Shown: positions 17,554 to 28,587 of the stretch, in pieces | How the letters are laid out: every line of letters begins with the position of its first letter | Position numbering within the stretch: position 1 is the first letter of the stretch | Source: an uncultured Methanosarcinaceae archaeon | GTDB lineage: Archaea > Halobacteriota > Methanosarcinia > Methanosarcinales > Methanosarcinaceae | NCBI GenBank assembly: GCA_963847185.1 | Contig: CAWJYV010000004.1 | Coordinates: forward strand, 215,864-279,863 | Direction: 5' to 3' | Length of the DNA: 64,000 nucleotides | Made by a program: the position numbers and the translations under genes | Notes under the pieces: model-generated | Seen by the model: the letters and a program-made list of their open reading frames with translations, nothing else | What the model was told of the DNA's origin: nothing | Databases searched by the model: none

Positions 17554-17720
17554 TTTTAAATTCTCAAAGCCGCTATTTTTAATACTTAAATTTCGATGTT
17601 AAATACTCAAATTTCAAGCTTTAAATTCTGTTTTATCCTGACAATACTTAAATATTCAAAATACAGGGTAAATGAACCTTTACACCATGCCTGAACTTTT
17701 ATCATCCATTTATACTTTTT

Positions 17721-18482
17721 TTACATTACGGTTTCAGTGATAATTTCCATGTGGCCCTCTGAAAATACTCTGGACACCCTGATATTCCAGTTTTCATCTG
17801 AATTTTCTTTTTCTGCCTGAATCAGGTTATAGCTCTGTGTGGTTTTACCTCTGGTCTTGGAAGAACAAAATGTGCCTGCATTTACTACAAGCATATTGTT
17901 GAGATGCCAGACATGAGGAATGTGGCAGTGCCCGCAGAGAACAAGATTCACATTGCAGCGGTTCAGAAGTTCGAGCACATCCCCTGCGTCTACGAGTACG
18001 GTATTCTCCCTGCCTGCCAGAGGAATGGGAATAAGGTGGTGGTGAACTGCAAAAACTTTAAAGTCCTCTCTTGAAAAAGCCTCTTTGATCCAGCCGTAGT
18101 TTTCTCTGCCTATATGACCTTCATTAAGATCAGGTTGTGAAGAATCAGCCCCGACTACCGTAACCTCCCTGAAATTTTGGGAAGAAAACCTGTTTTCAAA
18201 AAGGTCTTCAAAGTGTAGATAACCTGCGTTTTTAGAGTCATGGTTTCCGGGAACAAGGACCTTGTTTTTACATTCAATCCTGTCAATAAACCGCTTAACT
18301 CCATTATATTCGGCTGCAAAGCCGTTTTCTGTCAGATCCCCTGTAATTACCACAATGTCAGGTTTCAACAGGTTTATGCTGTCCAGCATGGAATTGGCAA
18401 TTTCCGGAATAAAATAAGCATCTGAGTAATGAATATCTGAAAGATGTACAATCTGTATGAGATTATTCTGGTTAGTGAACAA
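17721..18482 (-). CDS. Calcineurin-like metallophosphoesterase (Icc/CpdA-like)
   Basis: Motifs HLSDIH, TGDLT, PGNHD, HHH and GHCH. Confidence 0.9.
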   Translation of the reverse strand: MFTNQNNLIQIVHLSDIHYSDAYFIPEIANSMLDSINLLKPDIVVITGDLTENGFAAEYNGVKRFIDRIECKNKVLVPGNHDSKNAGYLHFEDLFENRFSSQNFREVTVVGADSSQPDLNEGHIGRENYGWIKEAFSREDFKVFAVHHHLIPIPLAGRENTVLVDAGDVLELLNRCNVNLVLCGHCHIPHVWHLNNMLVVNAGTFCSSKTRGKTTQSYNLIQAEKENSDENWNIRVSRVFSEGHMEIITETVM

Positions 18483-19174
18483 AATTTATTCCTTCTTTAT
18501 TTCCTTTTGGCTTTCATTAATTTATATTTAATGCCTAAACTTTTATTAGACAATTAAGCCATCGATAACTATATATTTGAGTTATAATCAGCTGATCGCC
18601 GCAACTCAAGAATTCTAATAAACTTGGGTATGTTAGCTAATTTTTTCAACTATGTAGACTACACAACCCTGACTCAATCACAAAAGATGTTATTAATAAA
18701 TATATCTATAAACTGCAGAAATATCACAGGAGATCAATGAAAAAAGAGAGTATGATAAATACTATTATTATAGCTCTGAGATTCTCTCGTAACTGAAAAT
18801 TTTCAGAAAATGAGAGGTTCAAAAAAATAAAAATTAAATCTGTCGATTTATTTTATGTCTGTAATTAATGGGCGACAAGAAAATTCCTTTTGAAGACGAT
18901 ATAAGTCTATATATCTCAGCGTGACAGGGCGTTACACATGATTTATGGAAGTCAGGTGAGGAGTATCAAATATTACAGTAAATAACTCTAACAGGTCACT
19001 GATTAGAAGATAGGTTTTGGTACATTGCATGTTGGATGTGGAATTGAGGAGAATATAGCAGATTGATGTAAGGATTGAAGCATAACATCTGAGGAGCGTT
19101 GAACTTTATGCTCCATGCAATAGTATAAAAATAATATAAATGTTTAAATGTAATAACTTTTGATTTTTATTAGT

Positions 19175-19705
19175 ATGAAAACCCCAACAGTATATTTAGT
19201 AAGTATTCTGCTTCTTCTATCTTTTCTAGTGGGATGTGCCAGTGCATCGTTTACTGGCTATACTCCACATGAAGGAAATACCTGGTGGGTCGGAGCAGAC
19301 GGTCAGAAAATAGTACTCTCGAATAATAATTCTGCAAAGAATCCCACTTATTCTCAGCTTCTTACATTCTTGAAGAAGGATACAACAGATAAGCGTAAAT
19401 ATGTTTCTGGAAAGTACACCTGTGGAGATTTCGCGGAAACTGTTCATAACAATATGGAAAAAGCAGGTTACAAATGTGCCTGGGTTACCATTCCTTCAAT
19501 CAATCATGTATGTAATGCAGTCCAGACCAGAGACAAAGGATTAGTTTTCATAGATTGTACCGGAGTTCCTTCAGGCTCGAATAAATGTTATGACACAAAA
19601 GTTTCGGTAGCCAAAGGAAAACCGTATAAAAGGGTCTCTTTGTTTTGCAGTAATGTTCGTTTTGGAAGCATGGGAACCGTGAAAAGCTACAAGATATACT
19701 GGTGA
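19175..19705 (+). CDS. Secreted hypothetical protein, putative transglutaminase/papain-like Cys-His-Asp fold
   Basis: Signal-peptide-like N-terminus (MKTPTVYLVSILLLLSFLVGCASA), then YTCGDFA...NHVCN...FIDCTG. Confidence 0.7.
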   Translation: MKTPTVYLVSILLLLSFLVGCASASFTGYTPHEGNTWWVGADGQKIVLSNNNSAKNPTYSQLLTFLKKDTTDKRKYVSGKYTCGDFAETVHNNMEKAGYKCAWVTIPSINHVCNAVQTRDKGLVFIDCTGVPSGSNKCYDTKVSVAKGKPYKRVSLFCSNVRFGSMGTVKSYKIYW

Positions 19706-19762
19706 TGTGGTTTATTCAAACCACCTTATTTTTTATATTTTCGTGCAATGTAGTTAAAATGG

Positions 19763-20056
19763 TTATCTCTTCACGCGTCTGATTAGATTTGCTCTAATTA
19801 ATGCACGGGTGTCCGTAGGGGATATTGGAATTGGTTCATCTCTTGTCCATAATTTATATGGCATTCCCCCACGGCTTTTAATGCCACTGATTGACACGTA
19901 TATATCATCACTGATCCATTTTCCTACAATCTCTTTCTTCTCAGATCCTCCATAAGACCTGATAACTTCTGCAGGCTCACTGGTCTCAAAATCAGAAGCC
20001 CTTTTTCTCCACTCCGATTTTACACTCTTCCTCGGTTCTTTTGTGTTATGTGGCAT
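19763..20056 (-). CDS. Hypothetical basic protein
   Basis: About 97 aa from MPHNTKEPRK with protein-like composition. The ORF track extends it to 20092. Confidence 0.55.
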   Translation of the reverse strand: MPHNTKEPRKSVKSEWRKRASDFETSEPAEVIRSYGGSEKKEIVGKWISDDIYVSISGIKSRGGMPYKLWTRDEPIPISPTDTRALIRANLIRRVKR

Positions 20057-20247
20057 AATAAACACAACAAATAGATGCACAAACATGATCATATATTATT
20101 TCAGTTCTTTATTTATGAAAAAGTTATTTAAAAAGTATTTATAAGTGTGTTGGACCTATCAAATTACTCTAAAAAAGTATCATCTGGCGTATATTGGAAG
20201 AATAGTGAATGTGAAGTATATCCATGCAAGCGATATAGAACTTTTAG

Positions 20248-20424
20248 TTATTCAATAACTTTCTTTTCGGGGATGGTCACTGGAGTATGCTCAAGAAGAT
20301 TTATCACTTCCTCACACGCTTTGATTTCCCCCTCTGCACAGGCTTTTCTAAGTTCTGCTTCCATCATTTTTTGCCTGCATTTATTCAACATTTCGATTTT
20401 TTGATCTTCTGTCATTAAAGTCAT
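20248..20424 (-). CDS. Small hypothetical protein (58 aa, below the ORF-track cutoff)
   Basis: Manual translation: MTLMTEDQKIEMLNKCRQKMMEAELRKACAEGEIKACEEVINLLEHTPVTIPEKKVIE*, with a helical charged pattern. Confidence 0.6.
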   Translation of the reverse strand: MTLMTEDQKIEMLNKCRQKMMEAELRKACAEGEIKACEEVINLLEHTPVTIPEKKVIE

Positions 20425-20757
20425 TTATCCAACACATTACAAAAAACGACAGACTTGGATTTATAGGACTCGATTACAGGCATTTATATTAAAAAGGTAA
20501 TAGAAATAGTTCAGGAAAGGTACACTGTCAAGTATTCGATTCAAATTCACCACAATTTTATCAGTTAGGGTGTAATCATATAATATATACACCTGAAATA
20601 AATAAAAAGTTAAAGAATACCAGAGCAGGTATGAGTTGAAATTTACGATTTTTTACTTATGTGCATAAATATACTTAGTCCACTTGAACAAGCAAAGCGA
20701 GCGAAACAGGTCGCTCAACAGCTAATACATAAAAATATATTGATTCTCTTAACCAAA

Positions 20758-20889
20758 AATTAGTCCTCTTGAGCGAAGCGAAAAGGACCTCGTGCTGTTG
20801 CGATTGCATCGCAACTCCCAGAAAATCTCCGATTTCCTGTGATCCCGAAGCGAAACTCGGGAGGCGAAACTCGGGAGGAGCAACTCGGG
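20758..20889. repeat. REP/MITE-like palindromic element, copy B (longer, with two extra hairpin modules and a triplicated right end)
   Basis: AATTAGTCCTCTTGAGCGAAGCGAAAAGGACC, then GTTGCGAT-TGC-ATCGCAAC, CAGAAAATC-TCC-GATTTCCTG, CCCGAAGCGAAACTCGGG, and finally AGGCGAAACTCGGG and AGGAGCAACTCGGG. Confidence 0.8.
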
Positions 20890-21012
20890 CAACAAATAAT
20901 TTAATAATGAGTTATGACTATTCACCTACGTTTCAGCATCATATTTCAGTATCATACGTTTCAGCATTATTCTTACATTTTCATTTAATTTGTTTCTAAT
21001 CAAGGTGAACTT

Positions 21013-22347
21013 ATGTCTTTAGCAAATCTAAGAACACATTATACAGCCGACATCAAGCCCGAAATGGTTGAAAACGGCCAGAAAATTACCCTTGCAGGCT
21101 GGGTCCATGAAGTAAGGGACCTCGGAGGAATCTGTTTTGTAGTGCTCAGGGACCGGGAAGGAAAAGCTCAGGTCACTCTTGTAAAGAAAAAAATTGACAA
21201 AGAACTCTTTGACACTGCAAAAAGACTTGTCCGTGAGTCCGTAATTACAGTAACAGGGTCTGTCAAGTTTGAAGAAAAAGCTCCGAACGGATATGAACTT
21301 CTTCCTGATGAGATCACTGTCCTGAATATTGCAGGCTCTCCACTTCCAATGGACACTACAGGGAAGGTAGATGCCGATCTTGATACCAGGCTTGACTCCC
21401 GCTTTATCGACCTCAGAAGGTCAGAGTCAACGGCAGTTTTCAAGATAAGGCACCAGGCTCTCCAGGCCATCAGGGAATACTTCGTGAAAAATAACTTTAT
21501 CGAAACCGCAACTCCAAAGGTTGTAGCAACTGCAACCGAAGGTGGAACTGCACTCTTCCCTATAACCTACTTTGATAGGGAAGCTTTCCTGAACCAGAGT
21601 CCTCAGCTTTTCAAACAGATCCTCATGAGCGGCGGGTTTGACAGAGTCTTTGAAATAGGTCCTATCTTCAGGGCAGAAGAACACGATACCCGCAGACACT
21701 TAAACGAAGCTACTTCTATCGACGTTGAGGTTAGCTTTGCAGACCATTTCGATGTAATGGAAATTCTGGAAAATCTTGTAGCTTATGTCTACACTCAAAT
21801 TGTTGAAAAGTGTAAGCCTTCTCTTGAAGCTCTCGGCGTTGAACTGAAAGTTCCAAAGACACCTTTCCTGAAGCTTACCTATGATGAGGTAATAGAGATC
21901 ATAAATGCCCACTCTGAAGAAAAAATGCACTGGGGGGATGATCTCGGTACTCTGGGTGAGCACATTGTTGGAGATTATGTCTTTGAGACTACAGGCGAAT
22001 CTCATTATTTCATTATTGACTGGCCCACGGAGATTAAGCCGTTCTACGCAATGCCTTATGAGGACAGGTCTGAGTTCAGCAAGTCTTTTGACATGATGCA
22101 CCGCACAATGGAACTTTCTTCAGGAGCTCAGCGTATCCACATTCCTGATTTGCTTAAACGCAGAATAGAATCCCAGGGCCTGAACCCTGACGGCTTTGAG
22201 TTCTATTTGAAGGCTTTCGAATACGGCATGCCGCCACACGCAGGTTGGGGTATGGGCTGTGAACGCTTTGTTATGACGATGCTTGGAACTGACAATATAA
22301 GGGATACCGTGCTCTTCCCGAGGGACAGGAGAAGACTTTCTCCCTGA
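21013..22347 (+). CDS. aspS: Aspartyl-tRNA synthetase, archaeal type (probably non-discriminating Asp/Asn)
   Basis: OB fold [11 protein letters not shown], motif 2 region LNQSPQL...FRAE...RHLNE, and motif 3 [14 protein letters not shown]. The anticodon-loop Pro (KAPNG) is typical of non-discriminating enzymes. Confidence 0.97.
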   Translation: MSLANLRTHYTADIKPEMVENGQKITLAGWVHEVRDLGGICFVVLRDREGKAQVTLVKKKIDKELFDTAKRLVRESVITVTGSVKFEEKAPNGYELLPDEITVLNIAGSPLPMDTTGKVDADLDTRLDSRFIDLRRSESTAVFKIRHQALQAIREYFVKNNFIETATPKVVATATEGGTALFPITYFDREAFLNQSPQLFKQILMSGGFDRVFEIGPIFRAEEHDTRRHLNEATSIDVEVSFADHFDVMEILENLVAYVYTQIVEKCKPSLEALGVELKVPKTPFLKLTYDEVIEIINAHSEEKMHWGDDLGTLGEHIVGDYVFETTGESHYFIIDWPTEIKPFYAMPYEDRSEFSKSFDMMHRTMELSSGAQRIHIPDLLKRRIESQGLNPDGFEFYLKAFEYGMPPHAGWGMGCERFVMTMLGTDNIRDTVLFPRDRRRLSP

Positions 22348-22457
22348 AATCCCTCTCTTTTTATTTTGAGAATTTTTCCATTTTTAAACTTTTTACATTT
22401 TTTTCAGAATTTGAATGGAAGGAAACAAATTTCAGGATTCGAATGGAAGGAACCATA

Positions 22458-23156
22458 ATGACAGAACGGAATGCATCCGCTGAGTCTGCGGAAAAACGTG
22501 CAGCTGGAATTGCAGCTTCTCAAATTGTAAAATCGGGAATGATAGTCGGGCTTGGAACAGGTTCAACAGTTGCATACACCATAAAAGAACTTGGAAGAAG
22601 AGTCAGGGAAGAAGGGCTTGAGATCCTGGGTGTTGTTACTTCGTACCAGTCTGAAATGCTTGCAATAGAAGCCGGCATTCCCCTGACCACCCTTGCACAG
22701 CACCCTGAGCTCGATCTCGCTATTGATGGAGCTGACCAGATAGATTCAAATATGTATGCAATCAAAGGCGGAGGAGCAGCCCATACAAGGGAAAAAATAG
22801 TGTCGGTTTCTGCTAAACGTTTTCTTGTTGTAGCCGACGAGTCAAAAACGAGCTTGCAGCTTGATAAGGCCGTACCAGTCGAGGTTCTGCCCTTTGCAAA
22901 GGAACTTGTGATCAGGAAGATACGAGAACTCGGTGGAAAACCTGAATTGAGGCTTGCTTTAAGAAAAGACGGGCCTGTAATAACTGACAATGGAAACTTC
23001 ATACTTGATTCAGGTTTTGGTACAATAGAGGACCCGGAAACCCTTGCTCTTAAATTATCTTCAATTCCAGGGGTTGTTGAACATGGGATTTTTTCCAATG
23101 CGACTGAACTTTATATAGGAAAGAAAGACGGGTCAGTAGAAATAATCAGGAAATAA
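22458..23156 (+). CDS. rpiA: Ribose-5-phosphate isomerase A
   Basis: [30 protein letters not shown] and GVVEHGIF. Confidence 0.96.
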   Translation: MTERNASAESAEKRAAGIAASQIVKSGMIVGLGTGSTVAYTIKELGRRVREEGLEILGVVTSYQSEMLAIEAGIPLTTLAQHPELDLAIDGADQIDSNMYAIKGGGAAHTREKIVSVSAKRFLVVADESKTSLQLDKAVPVEVLPFAKELVIRKIRELGGKPELRLALRKDGPVITDNGNFILDSGFGTIEDPETLALKLSSIPGVVEHGIFSNATELYIGKKDGSVEIIRK

Positions 23157-23543
23157 TCGTCCAAATGTGTTCATAGTAAAAACATGTAGTAAGTAAAGAA
23201 AAACGAAGTGGTAAAATCGTTCATATTCTTTGAGAAGGACAGGTCTTAGGAATATGAATAACAGATGACTGCCTATTTATTCCTTTAGAATTTGATACTA
23301 GAATCTAACACGGAAACAGAGTTTTATCTTTATGAATCGGCGTTTAGTACCGCTATATTTTTATAGAAGTATTATCAGTAATTTCCTGATCAAATAAACT
23401 TTGTATAAGGCATACTTTGCGTAAGATTATTCCATAAATCACGTTTTCATGTAGATCTCTGGTTAATAATAACCTGACAGGTTCAAATTATCAAGTAAAA
23501 CTCTTCAACACACATACTATCTTTTAAGGAGGTTTTGGTTTCC

Positions 23544-25184
23544 ATGAATAGAGCAGGCCAGCCAATAATAATAGTAGATCCTAGAAAAGAACAGACAAAG
23601 GGAAAAGAAACACTCAGTATGAATATTGCTGCCGCAAAGGCAGTGGCCAGCATAGTCAAGAGTACTCTCGGGCCGAGAGGTATGGACAAGATGCTCGTCA
23701 ACTCTCTTGGGGATATAACTATCACGAATGATGGCGCTACTATTTTACACGATATGTCCATCGAGCATCCGGCTGCCAAGATGGTGGCTGAGGTTGCTCA
23801 GTCTCTTGAAGATTCCGCAGGAGATGGGACTACAAGTGCTGTTGTTTTCACAGGCGCTCTGCTGGAAAAGGCAGAAAACCTCATTGAAAATGGGGTTCAC
23901 CCTACAGTTATTGTTAAAGGATACAGGCTCGCAGCTGAGAAGGCTGTTGAGATTCTGGAGAACCTGGCAGTTGCAACCGGCGAGAATAAAGAGCTTCTTC
24001 TTAAAGCTGCCAAAACTTCGATTACAGGCAAAGCTTCTGAAAAGTATAGTAGCCTGATTTCCAAACTCTGTGTAGATGCTGTGCTTGCTATTCGCCAGGA
24101 AGGAAAAATTGACCTCAAGGATATAATCCTTGTAAAAGACATTGGCGGCAAGATGGAAGAAACCGAATTTGTGGAAGGCATTGTGATTGATAAGGTTGCC
24201 CTGGAAAAAGAAATGCCCAACAAAATAGAGAATCCAAAGATCGCGCTTATCGACACCCCTATGGAAGTCAACAAGACTGCAAACAAAGCAAAACTTCAGA
24301 TCAGCTCTGTAGGAGATATAGAGTATTTCTTAAAGCAAGAGGAAGCAGCTCTTTTCGAGATGGCAGACTATATCATCAGGACAGGTGCAAATGCTGTCTT
24401 CTGTTCCAAGGGCATGGATGACAAGATCGCAGCCTACCTGAAGAAACACGGAATTTATGCCACCCGCAGGGTCAAAAATGAGGATATGCAGCATCTTGCT
24501 GATGCCACAGGCGGAGTACCTGTAAGAAATATAAAGGAACTTACTGAAAAGGAACTGGGACATGCAGGCCTCCTTGAACAGGACCGGGACGGCGACCAGG
24601 GTAAAACCTACCTTAGAGACTGCAAAGGCGCAAAATCCGTATCAATTGTCATTCGCGGCGGAACCGAACATGTAGTTGATAACGTTGAACGCGCAATTGA
24701 TGATGCCCTAAAAGTAGTGAAATGCGTTGTTGAAGACGGCAAAGTTGTTGCAGGAGGCGGGGCTTCGGAAATAGAACTTGCACTTGAACTTCGCTCATGC
24801 TCCACAAGCGTAGGTGGCCGTGAACAGATGGCAATCAGGGCTTTTGCAGATGCTCTTGAAGAAATCCCAAGGACAATTGCCAGAAACTCAGGCCTGGACA
24901 CCATTGACTCCCTTGTGAATCTCAGAGCAAAGCACTCAGAGAACAAAAATGCAGGCTTGAACGTCTACACAGGCGCTGCAGAAGACATGCTTGAAAAGGG
25001 CATTGTTGATCCCCTCAGAGTAAAAGTCAATACCATTAAGGCAGGTTCCGAGGCAGCAGTAATGGTGCTTCGTGTGGACAATATGCTTCGTGCCCAGAGT
25101 GCCGATATGCAGAATGTCAAGCCAGAGCATATGGCAAGCACTTACGATGGCATGTCAGCACCTGCACTTAACATGCACAGGTAA
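23544..25184 (+). CDS. Thermosome (group II chaperonin) subunit
   Basis: [27 protein letters not shown] and GGGASE. GGAGG at 23528-23532 favours ATG 23544. Confidence 0.95.
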   Translation: MNRAGQPIIIVDPRKEQTKGKETLSMNIAAAKAVASIVKSTLGPRGMDKMLVNSLGDITITNDGATILHDMSIEHPAAKMVAEVAQSLEDSAGDGTTSAVVFTGALLEKAENLIENGVHPTVIVKGYRLAAEKAVEILENLAVATGENKELLLKAAKTSITGKASEKYSSLISKLCVDAVLAIRQEGKIDLKDIILVKDIGGKMEETEFVEGIVIDKVALEKEMPNKIENPKIALIDTPMEVNKTANKAKLQISSVGDIEYFLKQEEAALFEMADYIIRTGANAVFCSKGMDDKIAAYLKKHGIYATRRVKNEDMQHLADATGGVPVRNIKELTEKELGHAGLLEQDRDGDQGKTYLRDCKGAKSVSIVIRGGTEHVVDNVERAIDDALKVVKCVVEDGKVVAGGGASEIELALELRSCSTSVGGREQMAIRAFADALEEIPRTIARNSGLDTIDSLVNLRAKHSENKNAGLNVYTGAAEDMLEKGIVDPLRVKVNTIKAGSEAAVMVLRVDNMLRAQSADMQNVKPEHMASTYDGMSAPALNMHR

Positions 25185-25684
25185 AATCCATTGATACTGT
25201 CTAGAGAATAAGTACGCTTCAAGAAGCAGACAAAATATCGGTGGCAAGAAACGAAGTAAAAATGAGTACTTTTTCTTCTGCTGCCTTTATTTATTCTACT
25301 CAAAATTTTTTACCCTAATTCTTCAGTTTCCGTTTTTCCGATTTTTTCTACGCGTAAATTTTGATGGTCAAGAAACCATTTTTTTTCGTCTGGGGCTTTG
25401 TTGAATTTTTAGTCTTTTTATATCGCTTCTTTACTTCAATTTCATTGACCAGCTGTTTGATGATTTATTGTTGATTATTAAAGCAATCAGTAAAAATTGC
25501 ATTATTGGACTATCATTAGACTAAATAACATATATATCGAGTTAGGTTAAACTCTATTTTGAGTGGAATTTTTTTGTAAGTCTGAAGTCTAAACTCTAAA
25601 TACAGTCGGGATCAATAATTCAACTTACCAGATCAATTCCCATAGCTGATATTTATCCTTGTTCTTGGAACGAGTACTTCGGGG

Positions 25685-26674
25685 TTGTTGAAGATATACT
25701 GCAGTAAGTGCGGACTTAAAGTAAACCCAGATGATTTTTTTTGCTCAGGTTGTGGGAAGAAGCTTAAAAACAAATCTGAGAATGAAGAGTATGAGTCCTT
25801 CACATCTGCTTTCAGAGAAACCAGTGCGACAGAACCGACGGACTATTCAGATAAGCAAAAAACATCGATTTTTAATTACTTTCCAAAAAATATCTGGATC
25901 ATAGTTTTAATTTCTTTTTTTGGATGCCTGTTGATTTTTTGCTCGACTTTTATTCTTGTATCTGATCAGTATCTGTATGGTAACAGTTCGGATGCACAGG
26001 CGAAACAACAGGAGGAAAGAAATATCCAGATATGTGAGCAGATTGCAGCTACTTATTATGAGAGCCATACTTATGCAGAAGATGATATTTACGACTGCGA
26101 TAACATGGCCCAGGATATCTGGAATATGCTGAAAGCGAAGGGAATTAATGCAAAAATAGCAGTTGGAAATTTCGATCCCGTAACTCAAAGCAAAATCGGA
26201 GAAGGAAAACCCCCACTTGAAAATTTGAACTCAGGAAAACCGGGAAAAATTAAACCCTGCAATTATAAATACCAGGACTCAGGCTTGGTTAATTCCAGTG
26301 CAATTGACAATTTAACTCATGCATGGATTCTGGCTGAAGTTTCTCCAGACTCATGGTTAGCTATCGAATGTACAGGAGGATATGTTGTCTATAGCGAAGA
26401 AGAAGAAAATTACTATCACGGTTTAACCTTTAATAATCCTAAAAATTATAGAAGTTTCCTTGAGCTTTATCGCGATTGGAAGAAGGAGACAATTGACTAT
26501 GAAAGCGAGAGATTATACTATAACAAACTTGTAGCAACATATAACAATGCAAGTTATTCTGACCAGGTTGCCACGAAAGGCAGTTTGGAAATTGCTAAAA
26601 GCAGATTGAAAGAAAAGGAACAGGTCTTTCTTATAACTAATGCCGAACTTATAGCTTTACTCCAGCAGAAGTGA
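25685..26674 (+). CDS. Zinc-ribbon + TM + putative transglutaminase-like domain protein
   Basis: N-terminal CSKC...CSGC and one TM helix, then YDCDNMA...THAW...AIECTGG and a C-terminal coiled region. Confidence 0.75.
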   Translation: MLKIYCSKCGLKVNPDDFFCSGCGKKLKNKSENEEYESFTSAFRETSATEPTDYSDKQKTSIFNYFPKNIWIIVLISFFGCLLIFCSTFILVSDQYLYGNSSDAQAKQQEERNIQICEQIAATYYESHTYAEDDIYDCDNMAQDIWNMLKAKGINAKIAVGNFDPVTQSKIGEGKPPLENLNSGKPGKIKPCNYKYQDSGLVNSSAIDNLTHAWILAEVSPDSWLAIECTGGYVVYSEEEENYYHGLTFNNPKNYRSFLELYRDWKKETIDYESERLYYNKLVATYNNASYSDQVATKGSLEIAKSRLKEKEQVFLITNAELIALLQQK

Positions 26675-26764
26675 AAGCAATAAAAATCCTGAGATTCCAA
26701 AAATTATTGAAAGTATGAATAGATAATGAGAATAACTGCTAATAAAAAGTTCTATTCAAATCGG

Positions 26765-27469
26765 TCAGATATCTCCATAAAACTTCCTGTAATCTTCAAT
26801 TGCCTTTTTGGCCTGTTCAGGAAATTCTGTTTTCAGGTATTCAATGAATTCGTCCCTTGATTGACTTTCTTTGAGAACCTCAAGTATGCTGGCAGTGAAT
26901 TTTCTTGATTCTATATTTTCTTTCTGGAGCTCAAAAGAAAGGCAGAGAGCTTCCTTAGGAAAGTATTTTCTCCGAATCCAGGGAGAGACCGAGCCGAGAA
27001 GTACTCCTTCTTTCAGAACACTATAAGCAGGCACCCCTGTTCTCTCTAATCTATCCTTTCCTGAGAGTTTTTCAAGATTTTCCCGGGAATAGGAATGAAG
27101 TTCAATGTAAATCTCAGGTTTTAATTCTTCAATAGCTTCAAGAATCTTTTTTCCTGTTCCAGGGTAATAAGCCGGATCAAGAGTAGAAATATAGTTTCCG
27201 CTGCTCACAAGCGGAATTAAGGCCAAAGTGCCGGTTTTCGGAGATTTGATACTGTGCAGGATCTCAGTCGTATCCTTCCATTCCTCCCCATGCAGGCCTG
27301 CAACAAAGAGACGAACTGGTTTTTCACTGCCGTAAATTCTAATTCCGGAATTTGAGTGAGAGTCTGAGCATTCTGAAAATGAATTTGATAGATCCGTACA
27401 TCTGGATCCATCGGGAAAGGAGCTTTTTGTCCCGTTATATTTTATCCCATTACTCTTCATTCGCTTCAA
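26765..27469 (-). CDS. DUF2119-family protein (zinc-carboxypeptidase-like motifs)
   Basis: RLFVAGLHGEE, YIELHSY and LLGSVSP, resembling the methanogen DUF2119/COG4073 family. Confidence 0.75.
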   Translation of the reverse strand: MKRMKSNGIKYNGTKSSFPDGSRCTDLSNSFSECSDSHSNSGIRIYGSEKPVRLFVAGLHGEEWKDTTEILHSIKSPKTGTLALIPLVSSGNYISTLDPAYYPGTGKKILEAIEELKPEIYIELHSYSRENLEKLSGKDRLERTGVPAYSVLKEGVLLGSVSPWIRRKYFPKEALCLSFELQKENIESRKFTASILEVLKESQSRDEFIEYLKTEFPEQAKKAIEDYRKFYGDI

Positions 27470-28157
27470 TGCCGCCGTTTTCTATTTCTTTCTCTTCTGA
27501 AAGGGGTTTTCTTGCAACCACATAAATTTCCTGTTTTTCCGAGCTAATCACCTGAAGGATTTCAAGCCCAAGATTCTCAATCTTGCTCAGTATAGGTTTT
27601 GGATTCTTCTTTTTTGACATTTTTATGACTTGAAGCAGTTTTCCCCCGTCTTTAAGGAGAGGAAGTACTCTGGAAAGAGCCTGAATGGAATTTTCAGGTT
27701 CAAAGGTCATATCCGATAGGATTACATCAACCGGCACTTCAGAAAGAAGATTCAGGGGGATGGTAAAGACATCTCCAAACATTACCTCAACGTTTTCCCT
27801 TTCGAATGCGATTTTTCCAAGTTCGCTCCTGAAATCCCGGCTGAATTCGATTCCTTTTACATGGTCCGCAATCTCAGATGCAAAAAGAAGGAACCCGCCT
27901 GCACTGGATCCAAGGTCAAGAACCCTATCTCCTGGTTTAAGAATTCCGCTTTCCTTCTGAACAAGCTGGAGTTTGAAATATCCCTGGGGCTGGTCCAGGC
28001 CCTCAACAACTTCAATTAAATCATCAGTAGATACGTCTCTGGAAACCTTTGTTACCGCCGTGCCGTTAACCTTGACATTCCCGGCAAGGATAGCACTCTT
28101 GGCTCGTCCCCTTGACTTAAAATGGCCCATCTCTACAAGGTATGCATCCAGTCTCAT
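27450..28157 (-). CDS. S4 domain + FtsJ-like rRNA methyltransferase (TlyA-like)
   Basis: MRLDAYLV...SRGRAK...GNVKVNG (S4 domain), VLDLGSSAGGF and ILSDM. Confidence 0.88.
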   Translation of the reverse strand: MRLDAYLVEMGHFKSRGRAKSAILAGNVKVNGTAVTKVSRDVSTDDLIEVVEGLDQPQGYFKLQLVQKESGILKPGDRVLDLGSSAGGFLLFASEIADHVKGIEFSRDFRSELGKIAFERENVEVMFGDVFTIPLNLLSEVPVDVILSDMTFEPENSIQALSRVLPLLKDGGKLLQVIKMSKKKNPKPILSKIENLGLEILQVISSEKQEIYVVARKPLSEEKEIENGGIEANEE

Positions 28158-28587
28158 GGGGCATTGTATCGGAAGAGCCTGTATATATAGGTAGCAAGTC
28201 TAGAGGTACAGATGCATATATTGGTACAAGTTGAAGGTTCTCTAAAAGGAAAATGGAGAGCCAAATTTCGAAATTAATTATATTTTTATTATTTATCGGG
28301 GGGAAATATTATTTATCGAGAATAAATAGGCATATATTTAAGTTACAATTTTATTTATTTTATATTGAGACTCATGCTCGAATCTTCGCCCAATGTTTTA
28401 CGAAGTATATATAAAGAATAAAACGACGTTTATAATGCATAAGATTTGTTCATTACATATCGTATCTATTTATAATACATCTCATTTGCTCGAATTTGCC
28501 TCATTAGAATCTCTTTAATCAGCAGAAGCTACTTGACTTAGATCTTATTCAAACTTCTGCAAACCTATCTGAAAATCCGGTGAAACA

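Noticed and set aside
20769-20999. 76-aa ORF MSEAKRTSCCCDC... as a Cys-rich peptide
   Set aside because: It is a translation of the palindromic repeat element, with a TTG start and no RBS.
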